Assembly: GCA_963823665.1 (NCBI GenBank) | Contig: CAWGMQ010000003.1 | Span: forward strand, 1,824,001 to 1,888,000 | Direction of reading: 5' to 3' | Length of the DNA stretch: 64,000 nt | DNA from: an uncultured Planctomycetota bacterium | GTDB taxonomy: Bacteria; Planctomycetota; Planctomycetia; Isosphaerales; Isosphaeraceae | Shown here: positions 1 to 8,624 of the stretch, one piece after another | Numbering within the stretch: position 1 is the first letter of the stretch | How the letters are laid out: each line of letters begins with the position of its first letter | Program-made: the position numbers and the translations under genes | The notes under the pieces: generated by a model | Told to the model about the DNA's origin: nothing | Seen by the model: the letters and a program-made list of their open reading frames with translations, nothing else | Database searches by the model: none

Positions 1-2407
1 GCTCGACGGGCGTTCCCGCATCCAGGTCCCAGAAAAGAAGGCGTTCCGAGAAGTTAAGAAGTGCGGGTTTCTCCGGGTACGCCAGCACCGTCCGCCCCCC
101 CCGAACGGCGATCATGCGGAATTCAGTCCGTTCGCCGCGATCGAGCACGTCTCCGGGCACGCGGACCGGGGTCGCGGTGTCGAGCCGCCAGACCCTCCGG
201 ATTGACCAGTCCGATCCGGCGCCCTTGGGAACGGGAGGCGGCAGCCTCAGACTGATGTAGCGGCCGTTCGGGTCGAAGAGCACTTCGGAGCCGACTGTGT
301 CGCACTCGAGGGGCGGGAGCTGAGTGCGGGCGCGGCCCGAATCGGCGTCCAGGACGCGAACGTCCCACGTCGTGCGGCTACGTCCGGGTATCTTCGCAGC
401 GGTGACGACGAGCGCCCCATCGGGTGACGCGTCGAGGATCGGGGCGGGAAATTCCCGGCCGGCCGGGTCTCCGAGCGGGCGTCCGGTCGCCAGGTCGAAC
501 CGCCTTAGCCGGTTGTCATCGATCAAGCTCGCCACCCTGCGATCTGGACCTGTGAAGACGATGCGAGTCCGGCGGTCGATCCCACCGATCAAGTGCCGCA
601 GGACCGGCTGGGCGGCCATCCACGCGGTGATGTTGCACCGCAGGGCGATGCGGCGGGCCTGGTCAAGGGCGGTGACATCGGGTGCGCGCTCGAGTGCTTC
701 GATCAGGCCGAAGACACCGCGGTCGATCTCGCCGGACTCGGCCGCCGCGAGGGCACCCACGGTCCGCGAGTCGGCGGCCACGCGGCTGGCTTCGATGGCC
801 GCGGCGGAGGAGTCCCGGGCCCGCGCGTTGGCCAGGTCGGCGTAGTGCCTGGCCTGGAGCGAAAAGCCCAGCGAGGCCGCCATGCCGCCGATCAGAGAGA
901 TGACGCCGAAGAGCAAGAGCCCGGCGATTGCCTTGCGGCGCATCGCCCACTTCCAGACGCGCTCCAGCTCGCCGACCTTGCGCGCGCGGATTGGCTCACC
1001 GTCGAGGAACCGCCGCAGATCCTCGGCCATGTCGGCGGCCGCCTGGTAGCGGCGCCTCGGGTCCTTCTCGATCGCCTTGAGCAGGAGGGTCTCCAGGTCG
1101 CGGGAGATCCGCGGGTCGAGGGCGCGGGGCCGGACCGGCTCCTGATTTTTGATCTGGTCGATGAGCCGCAGGCGGTCGGCCGAGTCGAATGCCGGGCGGA
1201 GCGTCGCGAGCTCGTAGAGCGTAAGGCCCAGGGCGTAGACGTCGGCGCGGGCGTCGCCCTCGCCGCGAAGTCGCTCCGGCGCGATGTATCGCAAGGTACC
1301 GAGCAGGTCACCGGTGGCAGTCAGCCCGCTTTCGTCCGACTTGGCCAGGCCGAAGTCGGTGATCCAGACGACGCCCGAGGTGTCGAGCAGGAGGTTGGAG
1401 GGCTTGACGTCGCGGTGCAAGACGCCGCGGGCATGGGCGTAGGCCAGGGCCTCGGCCGCCTGCCGCCCGATCTGGGCGACGCTGCGGAAGAACGGCTGCC
1501 CGCTCCCCGACGACTCGATCGTCGAGATCTGCGCGCCGCCCGGCATCGCGGCGGAATCGACGGAGCGAGCGGCCAGGCCGGACCCGTCGCCGGCAGGCGA
1601 TTGTTCTGCGGTCGTCGCGACTGGCCGCTCCGGCACTTGCGGCCGGATCGGCTCCGCCGCGTCGATCGCGATCCGGCCGCTCAGGAGCGATTGGGCGATA
1701 GAGCTCGCCGGAACCGTCTGCGTTCTGCGGGGCCGGTCCGACGGCGCTCCCCGAAGCTCGCGCGCGCCGGGCATGGCCCTCGGGGCCGGCGCGCGTCCGA
1801 TTCCGCTCGAACGCCCCGGCTCGCCCACGGTCGGGTTGCCGTGCCCGCGCAGCCGCTTCAGTTCCTCGACGACCAGATCGAGCCCCTGGCCGCGAATGAA
1901 CTGCATCGTGTAGTAGAGGATGTCGCCTTCCTGGCCGACCTCGAAGACGGGCACGATATTGGTATGATGGAGCCGTGCGGCGGCGCGGGCCTCGTGGCGG
2001 AACCGCTCCAGGGCCTTGGCGTCGCGGCGCGGGCCGGCCGGGAGGACCTTGAGCGCGACCTGGCGGCCCAGTGAGATCTGCTCGGCTTCATAGACTACGC
2101 CCATGCCGCCGCGGCCGACCTCGCGGAGGATGCGGAAGTCGCCGACCTGGGAGAGGGCCGGCGCCCGATCAGGGGATTCGTCCCCGCTCTGGTCCTTGCG
2201 GATTTCCTCGGCCTTCTCGAGCCCGACCATCGCCGGGAAGAGGTCGCGGATCTCCTCGGCCAGCTCGGGATGGCGATCGGCGTACTCCTCGAGGGTGGGC
2301 CGCTCGCCCCGCCGATAGCGCGCGGCAAACTCGGCCGCCAGCCGATCGAGCCGGGCATATTTCCCGGGGTCTGAGTCGTCATCGACGGGTTGGTCGGGGG
2401 CAGGCAT
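1..2407 (-). CDS. Ser/Thr protein kinase, planctomycete type, with TM helix and C-terminal WD40-like repeats (3' end runs off the window)
   Basis: Not in the ORF track because it has no stop in the window. Manual translation from ATG 2407 gives MPAPDQP...LAAEFAARYRRGERPTLEEYADRHPELAEEIRDLFP, then GRGGMG, HRDVKPSNLLLD (HRD at ~1409-1417, same frame), DFGLAK, a hydrophobic helix (AIAGLLLFGVISLIGGMAASLGF) and WD-like strands (LLFWDLDAG at the window edge). Confidence 0.93.
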   Translation of the reverse strand, partial: MPAPDQPVDDDSDPGKYARLDRLAAEFAARYRRGERPTLEEYADRHPELAEEIRDLFPAMVGLEKAEEIRKDQSGDESPDRAPALSQVGDFRILREVGRGGMGVVYEAEQISLGRQVALKVLPAGPRRDAKALERFRHEARAAARLHHTNIVPVFEVGQEGDILYYTMQFIRGQGLDLVVEELKRLRGHGNPTVGEPGRSSGIGRAPAPRAMPGARELRGAPSDRPRRTQTVPASSIAQSLLSGRIAIDAAEPIRPQVPERPVATTAEQSPAGDGSGLAARSVDSAAMPGGAQISTIESSGSGQPFFRSVAQIGRQAAEALAYAHARGVLHRDVKPSNLLLDTSGVVWITDFGLAKSDESGLTATGDLLGTLRYIAPERLRGEGDARADVYALGLTLYELATLRPAFDSADRLRLIDQIKNQEPVRPRALDPRISRDLETLLLKAIEKDPRRRYQAAADMAEDLRRFLDGEPIRARKVGELERVWKWAMRRKAIAGLLLFGVISLIGGMAASLGFSLQARHYADLANARARDSSAAAIEASRVAADSRTVGALAAAESGEIDRGVFGLIEALERAPDVTALDQARRIALRCNITAWMAAQPVLRHLIGGIDRRTRIVFTGPDRRVASLIDDNRLRRFDLATGRPLGDPAGREFPAPILDASPDGALVVTAAKIPGRSRTTWDVRVLDADSGRARTQLPPLECDTVGSEVLFDPNGRYISLRLPPPVPKGAGSDWSIRRVWRLDTATPVRVPGDVLDRGERTEFRMIAVRGGRTVLAYPEKPALLNFSERLLFWDLDAGTPVE

Positions 2408-2408
2408 G

Positions 2409-3053
2409 CTAGATCGCCTCCAAACCGCCGGGCATGCTGGCGAGCACGTCTTTCATCCGCTTGAGCGCGCGGATGTACCGCTTCGACGCCGCGTCGGGCT
2501 TGAGATCCAGTGCGATGGCCGTCTCGGCCTGTGTGAGCTGCTCGAAGTGCCGCAGGGCCAGCACCTCACGATCGATCGGGTCGAGCGCGTTGAGTGCGTC
2601 CTGGATGCGCAGCAGCCGTTCGGCCCGGACCGCGGCCTGGGTCGGCGAGGAGAGGTGGCCGAGCAGCATCGAGGCCAGCGCGAACGAGCTGGCTGCCGGC
2701 AGCGAGCTTCGGTAGAGCGAGACCTCACGGCCGATGTCCCGCATCTTCGAGCCTAAGTGCTGGCGGTGCAGTCGTATGAGCCGTTCGCCGGCCACGAGGC
2801 GCATCCAGAGAAAGAACGGGACCTTGGGATCCGTGAGATAGTCGTCGAGTCGGGACGCGATGTCCAGCAGGGCGTCCTGGACGACATCCGAGGCGTCGAG
2901 CCGGCGGTAGAGCCGCGAGTCCATCCGGAGCTCGATCATGCGGCGAAGTCGCTCGCGGTAGCGAGCGAGCAACTCGGCCGCGGCCTGGCGGTCACCCTGC
3001 TGCAGCCGGTCGAGCAGGCGCTCGCCTTCGATATCGTCGGCCAGATCGCTCAA
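2409..3053 (-). CDS. ECF sigma-70 factor, planctomycete kinase-associated subfamily
   Basis: Region 2 (YRERLRRMIELRMDSRL..LDASDVVQD) and region 4 (LDPIDREVLALRHFEQLT..ETAIAL..AASKRYIRALKRMK). Its stop lies 1 nt before the kinase ATG. Confidence 0.93.
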   Translation of the reverse strand: MSDLADDIEGERLLDRLQQGDRQAAAELLARYRERLRRMIELRMDSRLYRRLDASDVVQDALLDIASRLDDYLTDPKVPFFLWMRLVAGERLIRLHRQHLGSKMRDIGREVSLYRSSLPAASSFALASMLLGHLSSPTQAAVRAERLLRIQDALNALDPIDREVLALRHFEQLTQAETAIALDLKPDAASKRYIRALKRMKDVLASMPGGLEAI

Positions 3054-3507
3054 GTGGAATTCCCCCTATAAGGAACCTGCGCGGCCGACGCGATCACGGA
3101 CAGCTCAGGCGCAGTTTTTTTCCAGATTGCGCGTGTGCTTCCCTGTCGATCGCATGAGCTCGAGGCCAGCCTCGGCGCCGCGCACTAATCATGATAGATC
3201 GCTGCTCTGCGATTCGCCCGAGAATTCGACTGACGACCGGTATCTCCGGGCTCGCGTCGCAAAAGACATTTCCGGATTCCCGAGAATTCCTGTCCGTAAA
3301 TCCGGATGTGCGCAGGTCTCTGTGTATGGCCCGGGCGCGAACCCGGCCGGTCGTGAGGACACCGTCCATCGGGGCGAGCTGTCGGTTGTCGATCCCAAGC
3401 GGAATCAGCTTCATGCGCCGGGCGGTGCGCCCGGCCCCTGGAGAATCCGCGCGTTTTACCGGTCAGTCCGGTGGGTTACTTCCATTCGTTTGAAAGCGAG
3501 GCAGGCC

Positions 3508-6500
3508 ATGAATCGCAACGGGATGTGGGATCGGCGGAGCAGTCGGGCGGGATCGAACTCGAAGGTCGGCTCGAAGAGGAACCGTCGCCGGCTGGCGCCT
3601 GGCGTGCTGGCACTGGAGGATCGGCGGCTGCTGGCGACGTTCACGGTGACCAGCACGGCCGATACCGCACCAGTGAACAAGCCCGCCCCGGGCACGCTGC
3701 GGTGGGCCGTCGAGCAGGCGAACCTGGCGACGACGAGCCCGAGCACGATTGACTTCAGCCTGGGGAGCGGGGCAGAGACGATCCAGCTCAAAAAAGGCGA
3801 GCTGGATCTGACCAACACGAAAGATCCGACCACAATCGACGGATCCGGGGCAAACCTCCTCGCTATCAGCGGCGGAGGACGCGACAGGATTTTCTTCGTC
3901 GAGGGCGGTGTCACGGCTACGCTCTCGGGCCTGACGATCACGCATGGCTACAGCGCCTATGGCGGCGGCGTCTGGAATGACGGCACCGCAAGCTTCACCG
4001 GATGCACCATCAGTGGAAACTCGGCCACCTATGGCGGCGGCCTGAGCAATACCGGTACGGCGATCTTGACCGGATGCACGATCAGCGGAAACTCGGCCTA
4101 CTACAACGGCGGAGGCGTGTACGACAACGGAGGCGGTACGGCGACCTTGACCGGATGCAACATCAGCGGAAACTCGGCCGAATCTGGCGGGGGCGTGGAG
4201 AATGATTCCGCAGTGATCTTGACCGGATGCACCATCAGCGGAAACTCGGCCGAGGCTGGCGGCGGCCTCTCTAACTATGAAGGAGGCACGGCGACCTTGA
4301 CCGGATGCACCATCAGCGGAAACTCGGCAGAATTTGGAAGCGGCGGCGTGGCGAATTATTCCGCGGCAACGTTGACAAAATGCACCATCAGCGGAAACCA
4401 GGGGTCAGCGGCCGGCGGCGTGTACAACAGCAAACAATGCACTGCGACCTTGACCGAATGCACCATCAGCGGAAACTCAGCAGAGTACGCCGGCGGCCTG
4501 GGGAATTACGGCGACGTGACGGTGAGCGGCTGCACCATCAGCGGAAACTCGGCGAGCGGCGGCAACACCAGCGATAGTGGCGGCGTGGCGAACTCTGGCA
4601 CGGCAACGCTGACCGATACCATCGTCGCCGGCAATTACGATGGCGATCTGGGCGGTAACAAGGCCGCGTCGGGCTCGTTTAACCTGATCGGCACGGGCGG
4701 CTCGGACGGCCTCACGAACGGCGTCAACGGCAACATCGTCTTGACCAGCCTGACGAACCTGGACCTGGCCCCGCTGGGTTTCTACGGCGGGCCGACCGAG
4801 ACCATGGCGCTCGAGCCGAGTAGCGCGGCCATCGGCAAAGGCACCGCCATGAGCGGCGTGACCACCGACGGGCGCGGCTTTTCGCTGGACAAGCCCGTAG
4901 ACATCGGTGCGTTCCAGACCGGGCCGCTGGTGGTGAACACCACGAGCGATAGCGCCGCGTCTCCCCTGGGCGAACTGAGCCTGCGCCAAGCCGTGAACCT
5001 GGCCAACGTGTACTCTGGGGCCCCGACGATCACGTTCAACCCGACGCTCTTCGCCACCGCCCAGACGATCACGCTGGGCGGGACATCGCTTGAGCTCAGC
5101 AACCCCACCGGCGCGACGGAAACGATCACGGGTCCGACGGCTGGCGTGACGATCAGCGGCGGCGGGCTCTCCAAGGTCTTCCAGGTCGACACGGAAGTCA
5201 CGGCCTCCTTCTCCGGGCTGACGATCACCGGCGGCTTCGCTGCTAACGGCGCCGGCGTGGCAGACCTGGGCACGGCGGTTCTGACCAACTGCAAGCTCTC
5301 CGGCAATTCGGCCTCTTCCGGTGCCGGCCTCGAGGTCCTCGGCGGTGACTTAACGCTGAGCGACTGTTCGATCACTGGCTCGACAACCGCAATCCAGGTT
5401 ACCAACGAATCCACGGCCACGATCAGCGGCACGGTAATCGGCGGCGGAGGCACGGGCATCCAGGTAGGGTCCAGCACAACCGACGATTCCACCGTGGTGG
5501 CGAACCAAGACGACCTCTCGGGCGAGAAGGTGGGCGTCCAGAACCTTGAAGCTAAGGCGGCTAGCGTGAATGCCACGTTCGACTGGTGGGGCAGCAGCGG
5601 AGGGCCCGGCAGCAAGGGGGCGTCAACCGCCGTCGGACTGGTCGCTGACAGCCCCTGGCTGGGTGATGCCAAGAGCGTAACGCTGGCCACTCCCGATTCC
5701 CTCGGCTTCGCCAGCAGGTCCGGCGATTCGTACGTGGTGACTCCCAACACCATCGGCCCCAAGCTGAGTGTTTCGCTGGGCGGCAGTCCCGTCGGAACCG
5801 TGACGCCTGGTGGCACGATCTTCTTCACCGGTAGCGCCGGGAGCGTAACCATCAACGGCGAGTCCGGCGCCGGCTTCAGCACGGATGCCTTCACGATCAC
5901 CAATGCCGCCGTTACCTTCGCCGCGGCCGATGCCTTTGGCGGCGCCTCGATTAGCTTCAGCGGCGCCGTCGGCCGGACCATCGCCGCACAAGGGACCGCG
6001 AATACCTTCAATGTGAGCGGCTGGACGGGAACGGGTACATTGACTGCCCCGGCGGGCACGGGAACCGTGATCGCCACCAAGAACTCCGGCTACGCCCTGT
6101 CCAATACTTCGCTGGTGGCTGGCACGATGTCCCTGACCTTGAGTGGAATCACCTCAGCCAACCTGACGGACAGCGGCAGCGGCAATAACTTCACCGTGAC
6201 TGGCTGGACGGGGACCGGCACACTGACCGGCTCGTCGGACATGATCACAGCCACGGAGAGCACCAATACCACTCTGACCAACACGCGTCTGACGGCCGGC
6301 AATATGTCCTTGAACCTAAGCGGAATCACCAAGGTCAAGCTGACTGCCAGCGCCGCCAGCGTGAACACACCGGTGATCGTCGACGCCAGTGCATTCACGG
6401 GAACCACCAGCCTGACCGCGGGCGGCACCGGCAACACCATCCTCCTGGGGGGCTCGGGAAGCGGAGGCACATTGACCAACCAGGGATCGGGCAACGACAT

Positions 6501-6891
6501 CTTGATCGGCGGGCCAGGCGCAGACACCCTGACGGATTCGGGCACGGGCCACAACATTCTAATCGGTGGCGGCGGAGCCGATACGATCACCGGCAACGGC
6601 AAAGACATCCTGATCAGCGGCACCACCAGCTATGACAGCAACACGAGCGCGCACATCACTGCGCTCGACGCGATCCTGGCCGAGTGGTCCTCAAGCGATT
6701 CCTACACCGTGAGGATCAACAAGATCAAGCAGGGGATCACGGTGAATTCTCAGACTTACGCGCTCTCTTCCAGCACGGTGCAGCCCGATAGCGTGGCCAG
6801 CACCGTCAGCGACGGCACCCAGTCGAGCCAGAACAACTGGTTCATCGTGAGCGGCCTCGACAAGGTGACCAAGAAGTCGACCGAGACGTAG
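3508..6891 (+). CDS. Large secreted beta-helix protein (planctomycete export signal, polymorphic-membrane-protein-like repeats, choice-of-anchor-Q-like segment, RTX-like C-terminus)
   Basis: ATG 3508 preferred over the track start 3127. Contains RRRLAPGVLALEDRRLLA, LTGCTISGNSA repeats, LAPLGFYGGPTETMAL...VDIGAFQ, and GNDILIGGPGADTL / GHNILIGGGGADTI / GKDILISG nonapeptides. Confidence 0.85.
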   Translation: MNRNGMWDRRSSRAGSNSKVGSKRNRRRLAPGVLALEDRRLLATFTVTSTADTAPVNKPAPGTLRWAVEQANLATTSPSTIDFSLGSGAETIQLKKGELDLTNTKDPTTIDGSGANLLAISGGGRDRIFFVEGGVTATLSGLTITHGYSAYGGGVWNDGTASFTGCTISGNSATYGGGLSNTGTAILTGCTISGNSAYYNGGGVYDNGGGTATLTGCNISGNSAESGGGVENDSAVILTGCTISGNSAEAGGGLSNYEGGTATLTGCTISGNSAEFGSGGVANYSAATLTKCTISGNQGSAAGGVYNSKQCTATLTECTISGNSAEYAGGLGNYGDVTVSGCTISGNSASGGNTSDSGGVANSGTATLTDTIVAGNYDGDLGGNKAASGSFNLIGTGGSDGLTNGVNGNIVLTSLTNLDLAPLGFYGGPTETMALEPSSAAIGKGTAMSGVTTDGRGFSLDKPVDIGAFQTGPLVVNTTSDSAASPLGELSLRQAVNLANVYSGAPTITFNPTLFATAQTITLGGTSLELSNPTGATETITGPTAGVTISGGGLSKVFQVDTEVTASFSGLTITGGFAANGAGVADLGTAVLTNCKLSGNSASSGAGLEVLGGDLTLSDCSITGSTTAIQVTNESTATISGTVIGGGGTGIQVGSSTTDDSTVVANQDDLSGEKVGVQNLEAKAASVNATFDWWGSSGGPGSKGASTAVGLVADSPWLGDAKSVTLATPDSLGFASRSGDSYVVTPNTIGPKLSVSLGGSPVGTVTPGGTIFFTGSAGSVTINGESGAGFSTDAFTITNAAVTFAAADAFGGASISFSGAVGRTIAAQGTANTFNVSGWTGTGTLTAPAGTGTVIATKNSGYALSNTSLVAGTMSLTLSGITSANLTDSGSGNNFTVTGWTGTGTLTGSSDMITATESTNTTLTNTRLTAGNMSLNLSGITKVKLTASAASVNTPVIVDASAFTGTTSLTAGGTGNTILLGGSGSGGTLTNQGSGNDILIGGPGADTLTDSGTGHNILIGGGGADTITGNGKDILISGTTSYDSNTSAHITALDAILAEWSSSDSYTVRINKIKQGITVNSQTYALSSSTVQPDSVASTVSDGTQSSQNNWFIVSGLDKVTKKSTET
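3990..4560 (+). repeat. Eight tandem ~66-75 nt coding repeats (xTGCTISGNSAxxGGG)
   Basis: The nucleotide motif ttgaccggatgcaccatcagcggaaactcggc recurs; eight CTISGN/CNISGN units in the translation. Confidence 0.9.
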
Positions 6892-7090
6892 ACAATCATT
6901 TGAACCGTCGCTGCTTTCCTGGCACGAAGATCATCGCCTGAGTCGCCGCGCCGCCGTTTGCGCCTGCGGCGGGCCGCCGGACTTCGTTTTCCTTCAGCTT
7001 GCCTCCGATCCGGTCGATTTGCTATGAATAGTGCAGGTATTCAGAAAATGGTTCTTCCACGGAGCCTTGCCTGAAGTCAACAAGCCTACA

Positions 7091-7176
7091 CCATCTCGTC
7101 GAGGGGCGCTGCGACGGCACGCATGGGCGTTCCTGCCAGGCTCGCCGGGGTGGATTATTACTGTGCAACGGCGCCC
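7091..7176 (+). promoter_or_regulatory. SAH riboswitch
   Basis: Hallmark GAGGGGCGCTGCGAC...GCCAGGCTCG...CAACGGCGCCC. P1 pairs 7091-7103 with 7141-7153; P2 pairs GGCA with TGCC; pseudoknot pairs 7104-7111 with 7169-7176. Sits directly upstream of the ahcY RBS (AGGAGA). Confidence 0.92.
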
Positions 7177-7196
7177 GTTCATCGTTTTAGGAGACT

Positions 7197-8624
7197 TTGA
7201 ACGTGACCGCCGTTTCGCAAAAGCCTGCTACTTCCAGCGACTACCACGTCGCCGACATCTCGCTTGCCCCCTGGGGCCGCCGCGAGATTGCCATTGCCGA
7301 AACCGAGATGCCCGGCCTCATGGCCATCCGCGAGGAGTATGCCTCGCGCCAGCCCCTCAAGGGCGCTCGCATCACCGGCTCGCTCCACATGACCATCCAG
7401 ACAGCCGTCCTGATCGAGACGCTCAAGGCCCTCGGTGCCGAGGTCCGCTGGGCCTCGTGCAACATCTTCTCAACCCAGGATCATGCCGCTGCCGCAATCG
7501 CCGCCGCCGGTATTCCCGTTTTTGCCTACAAGGGTGAGTCCCTCGAGGAGTACTGGGAATACACTCACAAGATCTTCGAGTGGGCCGACGGCGGCCACTC
7601 GAACATGATCCTCGACGATGGCGGAGATGCGACCTTGCTCCTTCACCTCGGCGCCCGTGCCGAGGCGGACATCCACGTCCTCGACAAGCCCACCAGCGAG
7701 GAGGAGCGCGTCCTCTATGCCGCCATCAAGAAACGTATCGCCTCGCAACCCGGCTGGTACGCCAAGAAACTCGCCGCCGTCAAGGGTGTCACCGAGGAGA
7801 CCACCACCGGCGTCCACCGTCTCTATCAGATGCATAAGCGCGGCGACCTGAAATTCCCCGCCATCAACGTCAACGACTCCGTCACCAAGTCCAAGTTCGA
7901 CAACCTGTACGGCTGCCGCGAGTCACTGGTGGACGGCATCAAGCGCGCCACCGACGTGATGGTCGCCGGCAAGATCGCCGTCGTCTGCGGCTACGGCGAT
8001 GTGGGTAAGGGTTCGGCCCAGGCCCTGCGCGCCCTCTCTGCCCAGGTGTGGATCACCGAGATCGACCCGATCTGCGCGTTGCAGGCCGCCATGGAAGGCT
8101 ACCGCGTCGTCACGATGGACTACGCCTGCGACAAGGCCGACATCTTCGTGACGGCCACGGGTAACTACAAGGTCATCACGCATGCCCACATGGCCAAGAT
8201 GAAGAATCAGGCCATCGTCTGCAACATCGGTCACTTCGATAACGAGATCGACGTGGCGTCGCTTGAAGACTACCCCTGGGAGGAGATCAAGCCGCAGGTC
8301 GATCACGTCATCTTCCCCGACCGAAAGCGGATCATCCTGCTCGCCAAGGGGCGCCTGGTTAACCTGGGCTGCGGCACCGGCCACCCCTCGTACGTGATGA
8401 GTTCTTCCTTCGCCAACCAGGTTCTGGCCCAGATCGAGTTGTGGCAGCACAACGCCAAGTACCCTGTCGGCGTCTACGTCCTGCCCAAGAAGCTGGACGA
8501 GCACGTGGCCCGCTTGCAGCTCAAAAAACTGAACGTCGAGTTAACCGAACTGACGCCCGAACAGGCCGCCTACATCCACGTCCCCAAGGAAGGCCCCTTC
8601 AAGTCCGACCATTACCGCTATTGA
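7197..8624 (+). CDS. ahcY: Adenosylhomocysteinase (SAH hydrolase)
   Basis: [59 protein letters not shown]-terminal HYRY; TTG start after RBS. Confidence 0.98.
   Translation: MNVTAVSQKPATSSDYHVADISLAPWGRREIAIAETEMPGLMAIREEYASRQPLKGARITGSLHMTIQTAVLIETLKALGAEVRWASCNIFSTQDHAAAAIAAAGIPVFAYKGESLEEYWEYTHKIFEWADGGHSNMILDDGGDATLLLHLGARAEADIHVLDKPTSEEERVLYAAIKKRIASQPGWYAKKLAAVKGVTEETTTGVHRLYQMHKRGDLKFPAINVNDSVTKSKFDNLYGCRESLVDGIKRATDVMVAGKIAVVCGYGDVGKGSAQALRALSAQVWITEIDPICALQAAMEGYRVVTMDYACDKADIFVTATGNYKVITHAHMAKMKNQAIVCNIGHFDNEIDVASLEDYPWEEIKPQVDHVIFPDRKRIILLAKGRLVNLGCGTGHPSYVMSSSFANQVLAQIELWQHNAKYPVGVYVLPKKLDEHVARLQLKKLNVELTELTPEQAAYIHVPKEGPFKSDHYRY

Noticed and set aside
593..2074. 493-aa plus-strand ORF
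   Set aside because: Antisense shadow of the kinase gene; it has no motifs of its own.
3127..3507. N-terminal 127-aa extension of the 1254-aa ORF
   Set aside because: Not protein-like, and it occupies the divergent promoter region; the export signal begins after ATG 3508.
3990..4560. Regularly spaced repeats resembling a CRISPR array
   Set aside because: They are in-frame coding beta-helix repeats with degenerate third positions; no cas genes are present.
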